The translations under genes and the position numbers were made by a program. DNA of 64,000 nucleotides from Octopus vulgaris (taxonomy: Eukaryota), in assembly GCA_951406725.2 (NCBI GenBank), contig OX597832.1:18662001-18726000 (forward strand), written 5' to 3'. Of this stretch, positions 24,625-37,503 are shown piece by piece. The notes beneath the pieces were generated by a model. That model was not told the origin of the DNA and made no database searches. It saw only the letters and a list, made by a program, of their open reading frames with translations. Position 1 is the first letter of the stretch. Every line of letters starts with the position of its first letter.

Positions 24625-24772
24625 AATATTTTTCCTGCTCTAGACGCAAGGCCGGAAATTTGGGGGGAGGGGCCCAGTCGATTAGATCCATCCCAGTACA
24701 CAACTGGTACTTAATTTATCGACCCTGAAAGGATGAAAGACAAAGGTGACCTCGCCGGAATATGAACTCAGG
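24625..24772 (-). mobile_element. SINE family B fragment
   Basis: CAACTGGTACTTAATTTATCGACCCTGAAAGGATGAAAGACAAAGGTGACCTCGCCGGAATATGAACTCAG is the reverse complement of the B box plus Meta-like domain. Confidence 0.8.
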
Positions 24773-26381
24773 TGCAGAATTTTACGCCATGAAACCAGAA
24801 AACCGACCCTTATGAACCGGCATAACTCGGGAAGGTCACTTCCTCTTTATCTACATATCCAATACATGTTGTTCTAGTCCGCCTGCTAATTAACAACTCA
24901 TCTTATTACCAGTGCTAACTAAAAGCATAAGCGCACTGAGTAGTTGTCTCGACTTCTTCCAGAACATATACTCATTAGCAATCTGCGCACAGTAGTCCCT
25001 TGACTATCGCGGGTGTTGCGCTCCAAATGCTCACACAGAAATAATTAAAACCCGTGATATATTGAGGAGTACGCGATATTATTTTACAGTTACGTTTCCT
25101 CACACTGAAAATCAGTACTTGTTTTCTCATCTAATGATACTATGTTCCTATAATTGGAGGTTTAGTGAGGTTTAGTTTACTTCCATATACGCGTGTACAC
25201 GTAATGTCATTCTGAGGCGGAATAAAAACTGATGTGATTATCGACAATTTCTATCGAATTAATTCAACTAAGATGTAATGGATGGGTCAGAATTTATAGA
25301 AAATGATCCCTAATGAACATACCACGCAATGAAGTCGAAAACGGAACTTGAAGATTGCTAATGAAAAACCTTAGTTATTTCTTTAATACTGCGCCTACAA
25401 CGATTGTTGTTATACTAAGTGGGTCTTCAATAGGCAGGCACTACACAGTTGGCAAAAAACTTTCAGCTCTTAACCTTTGAGACCCGACATGCTCTATAGA
25501 GAATCAAATATACATACATTCATACACACACACATACATGCATGCATGAGTGCACGTGAGTGTGTTTGAGTTTGGTTTGTGTCTGTGTCTGTGTCTGTGT
25601 ATGCGTGTGGGTAGGTGCGTGTTCCTATGTGTGTGTGTGTGCATATCGATTTAGATCTCTGAACAGATAAGGTGTAAACGCCTGTGAATATATTACTCTG
25701 GTCTACGAGCTTTCATCAGCCTGTAAACATCAACGCCGTGTTCTCTCAGGTGTTATTCATCGTGTATCTCTCACTTGTACTGCATAGATCTCCCGTTCAT
25801 GCTCTGATTCCGACACTAACGAATGTCGCTATGGTCTGTTGACTCATTCGATAATATCTAATGGGATTTCTTGGTTGTGGGAGTGTAACTAGCTAAGCAT
25901 GTGTTTCTGTGCGCATATAGCGGTATGAGTGTATATTTGGAAATAAGCAACTATGTGTGTATTTTTCCTTTAATTAAAGTATGTGTTTAATTGTGGGATG
26001 CCTAGAATAGAGAGATGCGTATGTGCATATTAGCAATTATTTTTGAGTTTATGAATCTAAATATCTATGTTGGTTTTTGACTGAGTCTCCGTGTGTATGT
26101 CGTAGATGTTTATATGTAAGAGGTTGTTTATATATGTCTATGTGTAAGAGCTTAATTAGGTGAGTATGTATGTGTGTGTACGCGAATATATGCATCCGTA
26201 AGTGTATGTATGTGTATGTAAGTGTATGCGTGTATATTCATATGTACATGGGTATATGCAAATGTGCGCACGCAAGCGTGTTTGCTGCTAAGTCTCAGTC
26301 TGTGAAACTAGCAAAAATTAATTAATTAATGGCCGTCTGTGTTAGGGCACATATGTTTGTGCGTCTGTGTGTATGTGTTTT

Positions 26382-26413
<32 letters not shown>

Positions 26414-26808
26414 CGTCTACGTGTGTGTGTGTGTGTGTGGATTTGCGTATATCAGTCTGCCGACAGATGTGGGTTTCTTGTTGATTATTTAACAAACATG
26501 TGATTGTATTTGTCTGTCTGGATTTATAAGTAGCTAAGATTATTGTATGTGAGTTTTTCTGCAACTAATTTGTAAATGTGTACGCAACCGTGTTTGTGTG
26601 TATCTGTGTATGTGTGAGTGTGCGTGTGTGAGTGTGAGTGCGTGTCTGTGTGTACGTGCGCTCATATAAATGGATAGATGATATATATATATATATACAT
26701 ACGAATGTATGTTTTATTTATGTGAACTAGTGCACACCATGGAAAAATTTGCATCAGGAGACGTTTCATTTGGTGAGACCGTGGAATAAAGCATCAAGAG
26801 TATATATA

Positions 26809-27206
26809 AGCGTAGGAGTGACTGTGTGGTAAGTAGCTTGCTTACCAACCACATGGTTCCGGGTTCAATCCCACTGCGTGACACCTTGAGCTAGTGTCTT
26901 CTACTATAGCCTCGAGCCGATCAAAGCCTAGTGAGTGGATATGGTAGACTGAAAATGAAAGAAGTCCATCATATATATGTATATATATATATATGTGTGT
27001 GAGAGTGTGTGTGTGTGTGTGTGTTTGTGTGTCTGTGTGCCTGTCCCCCCAACGTCGCTTGACAACCGATGTTGGTGTGTTTACGTCCCCGTAACATAGC
27101 GGTTTGGCAAAAGAGACCGATAGAATAAGTACTGGTTTCGATTTGTTCGACTGAAAGCAGTGCACCAGCATGGCCACAGTCAAATGACTGAAACAAGTAA
27201 AAGAGT
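26809..27206 (+). mobile_element. SINE family A, full length
   Basis: GGAGTGACTGTGTGGTAAG head, GGTTCAATCCC B box, CACCTTGAGCTAGTGTCTT core and tail GAAACAAGTAAAAGAG. Confidence 0.9.
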
Positions 27207-28194
27207 GTATAGATTACCAAACGCTTTACATGATAATTTTTAGCACTCCAGGAAAGAGATTTTAACTTTAATTAGCTAATCTTTCCATGAATCCAATTGC
27301 AGTGGATGCATTCAAATGAATTCGATAGTTTTGTACGGCATAAGTTTAGTTAATCATAAATAAATTCTAAGAAAAGCAAAATTCATTTCTGTCGCATGGC
27401 ACGCTACAAATCAGTATCAAAAACAATTTACACGAACCATGGTTGCTGAGTATCATAAAAATAGCAGTCAATTATTGCTCAAAATATATCATATCGTATC
27501 ATAATTGAGATGGCGTCCAACCCTCCAGCATTCAGATTATTTTGTCAAATAATAAAGCATATTCATTCATATGAATTCATAAGCCATAATCTCATAGTTT
27601 CGAGATTTTAATGTTGTAGTTATATATTTTTAGAATGACATTGTCGGGTACGTGTGAGAGGCAAGACCTAGCTGATTTGAACATAAAACAGGTAGAATAA
27701 TGTGGTCAGATATGGCTGGTTTATCAAAAAGTAAAACTATAATAGTCGCTAAATGTGATGAGGGACTTAGAACAGCTCTATTGCTAGAAGAGGTAAAATG
27801 CTCTAATAATGTAGTTTAAACACCTAATTCTAAAGGCATGTATTGGCAGAGACCGTCAATCGCTTGAAAGCGCTGCTGGAGAATTCCCTATACTGATTGG
27901 TTAGTTTTGGCTAATTCCGTAGACTTATCAGCAGGGACCACTTGGTTTTTTTCCGGACTTCCTAGCTTCATTTGGGGCAAAAAACAAAATGCCCATACCA
28001 AAATCAAGATCTTTAGTGAGGCACTACTTTATGCATGAGTGGACCTGCTGTGACCCAGACTGCAAGACTGATGCAGAATACTATTATGCACAGCTTGCAA
28101 TCTATAGAGGGCAGTTAGTTACATGAAGGGTCGAAACGATCGTCGTAAAAAGTAAAGAGGTATGCCAATTCCATCTTGTGTTTACTTAATCGAT

Positions 28195-28256
<62 letters not shown>

Positions 28257-28329
28257 GCACATAGGTACTCTCTTACACACATGCACACCTTCATTTTGGG
28301 ATCACTACTACTTTGTTATCTCCCCTACT

Positions 28330-28545
28330 TCTTCGCTATCCTGTGTGACCCTTCTGGCCGGCATACGCCATGATAGATCGCTATCCACTACACACACTTT
28401 TCTGTCCTTGTTTCTTGCTGTGTTCTTTTCTGTGGAAGAGCGTAGGCTCGAAACTTTAAATACTTTTTCAATTCTCGAGCGTTATACTAATACATCTGTT
28501 TGTTGTCTACACCACCTGTCTTCGTCTTTTGTATTTTTTGTGAAT
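28330..28545 (+). mobile_element. Penelope-like terminal repeat remnant with hammerhead-like core
   Basis: CTGTGGAA-GAGC-GTAG-GCTC-GAAAC at 28430-28454; homolog at 7320-7515. Confidence 0.55.
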
Positions 28546-29101
28546 TCTCCCCCTATACGTATATGTATGTATGCATACATACATATGTGTGTGTCTGTAT
28601 ACATGTATTCGTTTCTATATAGACTAATTATATTTACTTCGATATAGATATTCATACATACGCGACGTTCTTGCAAGCAAACGAACGACCAGGCATGAAA
28701 ACAGGACGTTATAAAGTTTGTTTTGAGAGAATGTCTAAGCATACATTTATTGATAACGGGACACAGAATATAAATCTCATATATTTTATATGTTTGTGTG
28801 TACGGTGTGTGTATGTGTGTGTTGTGCGAGTGTATGTTTACGTATGTTTATGTATGTTTGCATTTGTATGTTTACATATGTCTGTCCGGCTTTGAATATA
28901 TCTATACATTTCTATGTATGAGTAAATGTATACAGATATTTACGTGTTTATACTCACGGAATCAGGCAATGGAATACAGATACTTATAAAATACAAGACA
29001 GATACTGGCACAAGTAAAGCCATACGTGTATATAGATAAACAAATATATTTGCATAGGCTCATAACTATCTCATCTATCTATCTATCTAGCTATCTATCT
29101 T

Positions 29102-29258
<157 letters not shown>

Positions 29259-29618
29259 ACAAACAGACATACAAACACACATGCACACACTCACTTTATA
29301 TATATATATGTGTGCGTGTGTACACAAGCATAAAGCGATATGTACACATATATATTATTTATGTATACATCAACAGATGTACATATGTTACCTTGTACAT
29401 AAGTATATCTCTATGTAAATCAATACAAATATCTATGTTTATATATATATATATATATATATACAAAGAGTGAGAGAGAGTGATTAATTGATTGATAGAT
29501 AGAGAGATAGATAGATAGATAGATAAATAGATAAATAGATAGATAGGTAGATAGATAGATATATATAAGCAGATATATATATATATATATAAATAGGTAG
29601 ATATATATATATATATAT

Positions 29619-29679
<61 letters not shown>

Positions 29680-30221
29680 GAGATAGGTAGATAACCAAAC
29701 GAAGCAATAGCGAAACGCAGAAATCATTGATGAAGCTAGACGCCTTCGCATTTGTTGTAAACCCATAGGGTGATATTGAGATAATAGTACTTAAGAGCAG
29801 CTTATATATTTCGAGGATTTGTTTTCGCCACTTTTGGTCCGAGATAGGAAAAGGAAAAACAGAAAAGAGAGAGAAAAAGAGAGAGAGAGAGAGGGGGCAG
29901 GGGAATGGGGGAGAAAAGGGAAGAAGAAAAAATGGAATCAATAAAATCAAGAAGAAAATGAAGAACTACGCAAATGCGCAAACACAAAACACATTTATGC
30001 CCCTTGCAAATATAGCACATAAGTTTTCATACAGCAGCGAATCCCGATGACTACTTCACAATGTTTCCCCGATTTCATCCATAATTTGCGCTAAGCCAAG
30101 CAAACAACTTCCAACGCGTTTCATTAAACCTCTTTTTCCCTGGAGATAGAAGCTCTCTACTGCTTTTTCTTCTTGCTCGTGTTGTTGCTTGTGTCGTTGA
30201 TAGTCTTGTCGACGTTGCATT

Positions 30222-30271
30222 TATTATTATTATTATCATTATTATTATTATCATCATCATTATTTTTATTA

Positions 30272-30365
<94 letters not shown>

Positions 30366-30406
30366 CATCATTATTATTATTATTATTATCATCATTATTA
30401 TTATTA
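30222..30406. repeat. (ATT)n microsatellite
   Basis: Direct tandem repeat. Confidence 0.95.
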
Positions 30407-30422
30407 CTGTTGTTAATACCAG

Positions 30423-30489
30423 AAGTAAAGTATCAGCTGCCTAATGGATGGACATTCATGAGGAAATCGTTAAGCGAACCCTCCCCGAG
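30423..30489 (+). other. Candidate 67-nt micro-exon
   Basis: Weak acceptor TTGTTAATACCAG| and consensus donor GAG|GTAAGT. One open frame reads EVKYQLPNGWTFMRKSLSEPSP; an internal ATG gives MDIHEEIVKRTLPE. Confidence 0.25.
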
Positions 30490-31301
30490 GTAAGTAGATG
30501 GCGAAAAACACTTTCGGATTTAATGCTGGGATACTTACGGATTCATAAGTCTCTCTCTATCTTTCCCTCATTCTTTTTCTCTCTCACTCACTCATACACC
30601 ATCTCTTTTTTTTCCCTCTCTCTCTCTCTCACTCTTTCTCTTTTCCTATTTCTATCTTTGTATGTAATATTACAGTTAAACACTATGTTTTAGACGTTCT
30701 GGCAATATTAATTCATGCGGTAGCTGAAACAGTGTTAATTGTCCGTGTGCAACAAAGCATTTTTGAGAAAACCAAATACACAATAGACGGAATATCCATA
30801 TGGGAACTAGTCTCATTTTGTTTATTAGAAACAAACAAATTTTGTAACGGATTTTTCTCGAGAACACTCTTATTTAACATTCTCCAACTGTTTGTCGAAA
30901 ATCTCAGTGCTGTGAGATTTCTACATAAGTGCTTCGACAATTTAATGCAGGTAAAGAGGACAGGACAAAATAATTCAAGTTGAAATTTCAGCATTTCGTT
31001 TATTCTCTATGGCAGTCTATTCTCCGATAAGTTCCTATTTTTCAATTCACTTTCCCCATTGCTAAACCACCACTAATACTCTGGGGTCCATAGCAAAAAT
31101 AGAATAGATATCTAGAAATACATACGAAAATATATATCTTGTTTATATATATATATAGAGAGAGAGATAAAGAGAGAGAGAGAGAGAAAGAAAGATAGAG
31201 AGAGAGGGTGAGAGAGAGGGAGAGAGAGAGGGAGAGAAAAACAGACAGATATAGAGAGAGAGACAAAGAAAGATAGACAGATTGATATATGGATATATAG
31301 G

Positions 31302-31358
<57 letters not shown>

Positions 31359-31550
31359 GGACTACTAAATAAACAGATATAGATATATACATATATTTAC
31401 ATACACACATACGCGTACGTTTTCCTCTATGTACACAAGCATAAAGCGATATATACACATATATATTATTTATGTATACATCAATAGATGTACATATGTT
31501 ACCTTGTACATAAGTATATCTATATATAAATCAATACGAATATCTAAGTT

Positions 31551-31617
<67 letters not shown>

Positions 31618-31964
31618 GTATGAATGCATCTCGCTAGATAGATATAGATACATACATGCATACAGACATACATACATGCATTTGTGCATACATATATGCA
31701 TACATAGGTAGTGAGAAATACAGAAGATATAGATATGGAAAGGTACGCCATCATACATATATTATCTTCTTAAAACGTAAATATATGGATTCGGTATATA
31801 CTTATAAATATACGTGAATATATCGACGGTGCATGCATTGCTTTATAAACATATATAAATGTTAACTAGAGATATAAAATGTATACATTTCGCTGGTTCA
31901 GAGTATATACACACTGTTTGCACATACATGTCTGTGCGCGTGTGTGTTTGTATATATAATTATG

Positions 31965-32181
31965 TTCTTTTACTCATTGAGAGGTTTCAGACATTTGACT
32001 GATGCCATGCTGGAGTACCGCCTAAGATGGTTTTTTAATCGAAGAAATCTACCCCTGGACATATTCTTTGTAATGCTAGTAGTTGTTCTATCGGTTACAT
32101 TTTATGAATCGCTAAGTTAGGGTATATAAACACACCACCATCGGTTGTCAAGCGATGGTGGCAGGACAAACACAGACACAA
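31965..32181 (-). mobile_element. SINE family A 3' half
   Basis: CATGCTGGAGTACCGCC..TTCTATCGG..CGCTAAGTTA..ACACCACCATCGGTTGTCAAGCGATGGTG..GGACAAACACAGACAC. Confidence 0.8.
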
Positions 32182-32271
32182 AGCCGTACACACGAACACA
32201 CACACACATAAATTCATGCACATTTGTACGTTTACATACATACATGCATACATAGATAGATACATATATAT

Positions 32272-32440
32272 ATACGCTGAAATATTGAGAAATCTCCAGT
32301 TACTCTACCCATATCACAGGTTCATGTTTATACTTGTTACTATTGTCACTACAAAACCAGAAAGCAGAAAGCTAATTCGAAGACTAGAGATCCAATCCAT
32401 TAGTGGAAATGTAAAAATCTGTAAAACTTTCTAGAAGTTT
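32272..32440 (+). mobile_element. R4/Dong-like non-LTR retrotransposon, RLE C-terminal fragment 1 (internally deleted)
   Basis: YAEILRNLQLLYPYHRFMFILVTI...RKLIRRLEIQSISGNVKICKTF aligns with fragment 2. Confidence 0.7.
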
Positions 32441-32780
32441 ATCATTTTAATATATGTGAGCATGTCTAGATATGCAACTACATGCATGAGAATACATACA
32501 TACAACAAAACATACAAATCTGCACATATACATATATATATATATACATACGCATATATATACATACAAATCAGCACATATACATACTTACATACATATA
32601 TACATACATACATACTTACATACATGCATACAAAATTACATATACACGAAAATACCATGCTGCTGATGTTGAAAATACAGTGAAGGGCATTTGGATTTAG
32701 GTTAGAAACAGGCTCTTTTCTTTTGGCAAGCAATCTTGAACTAAAACTGAATAAAGTACATACGTACATACATACACACA

Positions 32781-32847
<67 letters not shown>

Positions 32848-32879
32848 ACATACATACATATATACATACATGTTATGGT

Positions 32880-33282
32880 AAACATTCATAAACACCAACT
32901 GAAGGAATACTTGTGAATATTCCCATCAAAACTTCTGTCAAATGTAAATATAACAGGTCGGATATTGTTGTTTGGGACAGAGGGGCAAATGTATGTACCT
33001 TCATAGAGGTCAGCAGCCCTGCAGATATAAATATCTCCTTGAAAAGCAAAGAACGAAAGGACATCTATGGACAAATGCTTCGAAACCGACAGCTTCTACA
33101 TCCAGACTATGAATTCAACTTCATACCCATAATAATTGGAGCACTAGGTTTTGTTAGTAAACGCTCAAAGGAAATTCCGGATGAATTGGGATTTTCAGAA
33201 AGAGAAATCGACCGGATAATTAGTACAAGTGCAATTTTTAGGTGGAACAGTAAAAGCACGCAATACTTTTCTCATGTTCTAA
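32880..33282 (+). mobile_element. R4/Dong-like non-LTR retrotransposon, restriction-like endonuclease (RLE) fragment 2
   Basis: NIPIKTSVKCKYNRSDIVVWD..CTFIEVSSPADINISLKSKERKDIYGQML..FIPIIIGALG matches the RLE pattern NRPD..E..P..K..Y..IPI.IGALG; frameshifted tail GTVKARNTFLMF*. Confidence 0.85.
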
Positions 33283-33440
33283 ACGTAAATTTGCCCGTGA
33301 ATTTGCTTTGTATCTTTTTTGGAAACGGGCTCTCTCCTCAGTGGGAGATTTATAATAATTAACAAATAGAAGAGATACATACATTCATGTATACCTGGAT
33401 ACATGCTTATATACATACAAACTATACTGAAGCGGTGGGT

Positions 33441-33815
33441 AGAAAGAATATTGATGGAATTTAAATATTAAAATAATAACTATGTTAAAACACAACTGGC
33501 TATGTATTGCTGTTTGGCACCACAATGAAAAGACAAGTTCTGTTGTGTAAATCACCTTTCCTCTGAACGTCAAATTAGATAGACATATAATAGAGGAAGA
33601 GAACATCTAATTACCATTGTTAAGAAGTTTGTAAGTCTAGTATCAGATATATATTTTCAGTTTGATTGCTATTATTGTTGGAGTATGAGCGTGCACACCA
33701 ACCCCTTCGGAGTAAAGTATTGCTGAACTTCACCTCATGGGGAGAAAAGGCAAATCTTTAATTCGCAAACTAAAAACTACCAGGATATCATGGACCTTAA
33801 AATCTGCAAAACATT
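33441..33815 (+). mobile_element. R4/Dong-like RLE fragment 3, strongly decayed
   Basis: KEY*WNLNIK..LKHNWLCIAVWHH..SVV*ITFPLNV..NI*LPLLRSL..YIFSLIAIIVG..KSLIRKL..KICKT is collinear with fragments 1 and 2. Confidence 0.7.
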
Positions 33816-34018
33816 AACATTTAAAGGATGATGAACAAAACAAGGCACTTTTCTTCACAAATTTGCTACCAAGTAGATGGGTGGTTAACAATTGTTCTAG
33901 ATTAAAAAGAGAAAGAAAACATATGTACATACATATGCACGTATGTATGTATGTATGTATGTATGTATGTATGTATGTATGTATGTATGTATGTATGTAT
34001 GTATGTATGTATGTATGT

Positions 34019-34404
34019 GGAGGAGCAATGGCCTAGTGGTTAGGGCAGCGGACTCGCGGTCGTAGGATCGCGGTTTCGATTCCCAGACCGGGCGTTGTGA
34101 GTGTTTATTGAGCGAAAACACCTAAAAGCTCCACGAGGCTCCAGCAGGGATGGTGGTGATCCCTGCTGTACTCTTTCACCACAACTTTCTCTCACTCTTA
34201 CTTCCTTCCTGTTTCTGCTGTACCTGTATTTCAAAGGGCCGGCCTTGTCACTCTCTGTGTCACGCTGAATATCCCCGAGAACTACGTTAAGGGTACACGT
34301 GACTGTGGAGTGCTCAGCCACTTACACGTTAATTTCACGAGCAGGCTGTTCCGTTGATTCGGATCAACCGGAACCCTCGTCGTCGTTACCGACGGAGTGC
34401 TTCC
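34019..34404 (+). mobile_element. SINE family D (tRNA-derived, possibly tRNA-Arg), full length, inside (ATGT)n
   Basis: A box TGGCCTAGTGG, anticodon-like arm CGGACTCGCGGTCG and B box GTTTCGATTCCC, followed by ~300 nt of body. Flanked by (ATGT)n on both sides. Confidence 0.85.
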
Positions 34405-34537
34405 TTATGTATGTATGTATGCATGTATGTATGTATGTATGTATGTATGTATGTATGTATGTATGTATGTATGTATGTATGCATGTATGTATGTATGTAT
34501 GTATGCATGCATGTATATATGTATGTATGTATGTATG

Positions 34538-34602
<65 letters not shown>

Positions 34603-35433
34603 GTTTGTATACGCATATATGTGTGTGTGTATGAATGAATGTCCGTGATCTTTCTGTCACTCGGTCCTTCTATCTTTACTTTGCGTTTATATTAGTGTGT
34701 GTATGTGTGTATGACTTACGACACTTTTGCATAATAACGATGATATATATATTTGGATGTTGGTGAGTATATATACACGCAAATAATTCTAAATTCAGTT
34801 ACAAATAGCTATTTTCTTGTTCACGTGTGAGGATATGTGCAGAAGATATATAAAAAAGATTTTAATTGCGAATTGCTATTAACAAAAAAAACAAATTACA
34901 CTCAGTGTCCAGTCCTTATCTTAAAAGAATTACTTCTCGCTTCTTTAAAAAGGAAAAAGAAATAATGTTAACGGTTTCATCAGAATAGTTTCGAAGTCGG
35001 TCACCACAAAACAAGGAACATGTCTTGTCATGCAGAAAGGGATTATTAGATTATAATGTCTTTGAATAGATTTGGTCTCATCAGAACTAAGTTTAACATC
35101 TATAATCCTTTTCAGACAACTGTCAAGCTAACACCAATCTCTTTCTGTTCGTTTTGACGATATCGATGTCGTTATAGTTGTATGTGTTCTACGTTTAAAT
35201 ATTATTGTGTACGCCTAGGTAAACCGCAGGCTTAAATTCGTACAACCCATGGTTAAATTTGTACCACACGTAGTCAAAATTCGTCCTAATTGTATACTGA
35301 GTCCATTTAAAGCTTTATATATATACATATGCAAGAATATATTTAAATCGGTAACTTTTATTTTGAAGCATATAAATCCCAGTCTAATTTGTAAATTCAT
35401 TGCATTACAGTTTTTCATTCACTATTACTGCTG

Positions 35434-35519
<86 letters not shown>

Positions 35520-35563
35520 CATTACCATGATTATTATTATTGTTGTTATTATCATTATTATTA

Positions 35564-35597
<34 letters not shown>

Positions 35598-35598
<1 letters not shown>

Positions 35599-36153
35599 GA
35601 GTGAGCGAGCAGAGCATGCCATGAAAGTGACACTGGGGTAAAATATAGGAAGCCCAGTATACCCATCATGACCACCCGTCTGATAAGGGTACACCAGGCA
35701 TATGCATCACAACCATATGTGCGCGACATGGTGATCTCATACCAAGATAAACAGCACATGACCTTGCAGGTCGGGCCAAGTTAGGATTTTCTTCAGATCA
35801 CGTAACCCATCCCGCTCAAAAGGTCCATGAATAAGGGTTGTTTAAGGATGTTGAACGAAACACCCATGTTTCCAGAGGTGAATTATTCAAACCCCAAAGA
35901 ATCCCTCTCAACACATGGCTATGATGCTCCCCCAGTATTTCTGCTCGTGGTCAGAGATGCATATATCGTCAGCCACTAAGGGACATGCTCAACTGGTTAA
36001 GGTCAAACAACTGACAAGCAAATCTGTGGTATTGAGCAGAATATTTGCTGTAGCCCATCTTTTGTACCAAGACAAAACAATGTACATGATAACACTTCCA
36101 ATCAGTTAAGATCAGAAGCCTTGAGAGCCACTGCCTGGTACTGCATCATGGCA
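35598..36153. mobile_element. Non-coding interspersed element inserted in (ATT)n (candidate non-autonomous R4/Dong-type element)
   Basis: About 555 bp of balanced-GC sequence with sharp boundaries, (TAT)n on both sides, no TIRs and no credible ORF. Confidence 0.55.
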
Positions 36154-36166
36154 TTTATTATTATTA

Positions 36167-36482
<316 letters not shown>

Positions 36483-36509
36483 AATAATAATAATAATAAC
36501 ATTCATAAT

Positions 36510-36613
<104 letters not shown>

Positions 36614-36921
36614 CAGCAGCAGCAATAGTAATTGTAAGTATATGTGTATATATGTAAAAGATATGGTGATTACAGTGTATCCTCTCGTCATGAGAGCTCA
36701 GTAAAATAAAGCGGTAATCATGCTCTATGGACATGCATGTTTCTTTTTGAGACCTGCTGTTACCTAGCGAACCTCTTGACAAATAGAACAAGTTGACGGC
36801 TCAGTTTGTTCGAGGGCTTGTTGATCATTTACATATTTCCATGAGTGGATGGTTTTATGCCCTTACGGAATACATTCACAAATACCTATTTGTTTGCCAA
36901 TCTATCTATATAGCTCTCTGT

Positions 36922-36993
<72 letters not shown>

Positions 36994-37054
36994 ATGTCAG
37001 CCTGTCTGTCTGTCTGTCTATTTATCTATCCATCTATTTGTATCTGTGATACAC

Positions 37055-37200
37055 GAACCCTATTGATCTTTTTTTATCTTTGCTTTTTACGATCCCTTTC
37101 GATCGAAAACCTACCCTACTTTTTTTCTCCCCCAAAATAAAAGCTCTACTTTGTAATTTGTCCCGTCTGTGTTCAGCCCTGTGTAGCTAATAAAGAAACA
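37055..37200 (+). mobile_element. Putative LINE 3' UTR fragment sharing its tail with SINE family B
   Basis: Ends TTTGTCCCGTCTGTGTTCAGCCCTGTGTAGCTAATAAAGAAA, nearly the family B tail (TTTGTCCCCTCTATGTTTAACCCCCTGTGGGCAATAAAGAAA), but with an unrelated upstream body. Confidence 0.5.
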
Positions 37201-37503
37201 TATTTGCAGTGTGCAGAATGAGACCTGGAACGACTACGTGTTACCTTATTCGGACGCCAAATATCTGGGTGGCTGTTGTAGTGTATATCATATGAGAGTA
37301 ACTGCTGACTTTTACGACGACAGTGTGTTCAACACGTTCCGTTTTTTGGTGCAAGGGAATCTAGAACAACACTATTTCAACGTATCTTGTCTCGTCAGTC
37401 AGAAGCAGACGGACCTTTAAGTGTTAACCAAACTGCTGTGATATCTATACTTTCAGCAAGCATGATCTTTGCTGATAGGTTATTATATCTGCCAACCAAT
37501 ATA

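Noticed and set aside
24990-25080. CAGTAGTCCCTTGACTATCGCGGG resembling a pogo/Tigger-type TIR
   Set aside because: No matching right TIR was found.
27518-27725. Possible piggyBac-type MITE remnant
   Set aside because: The termini and TTAA sites are too eroded to support a call from this window alone.
34019-34092. tRNA-like sequence with A and B boxes
   Set aside because: The acceptor stem does not pair and it continues into a SINE body, so it is a SINE head and not a tRNA gene. The same applies at 8711 and 61249.
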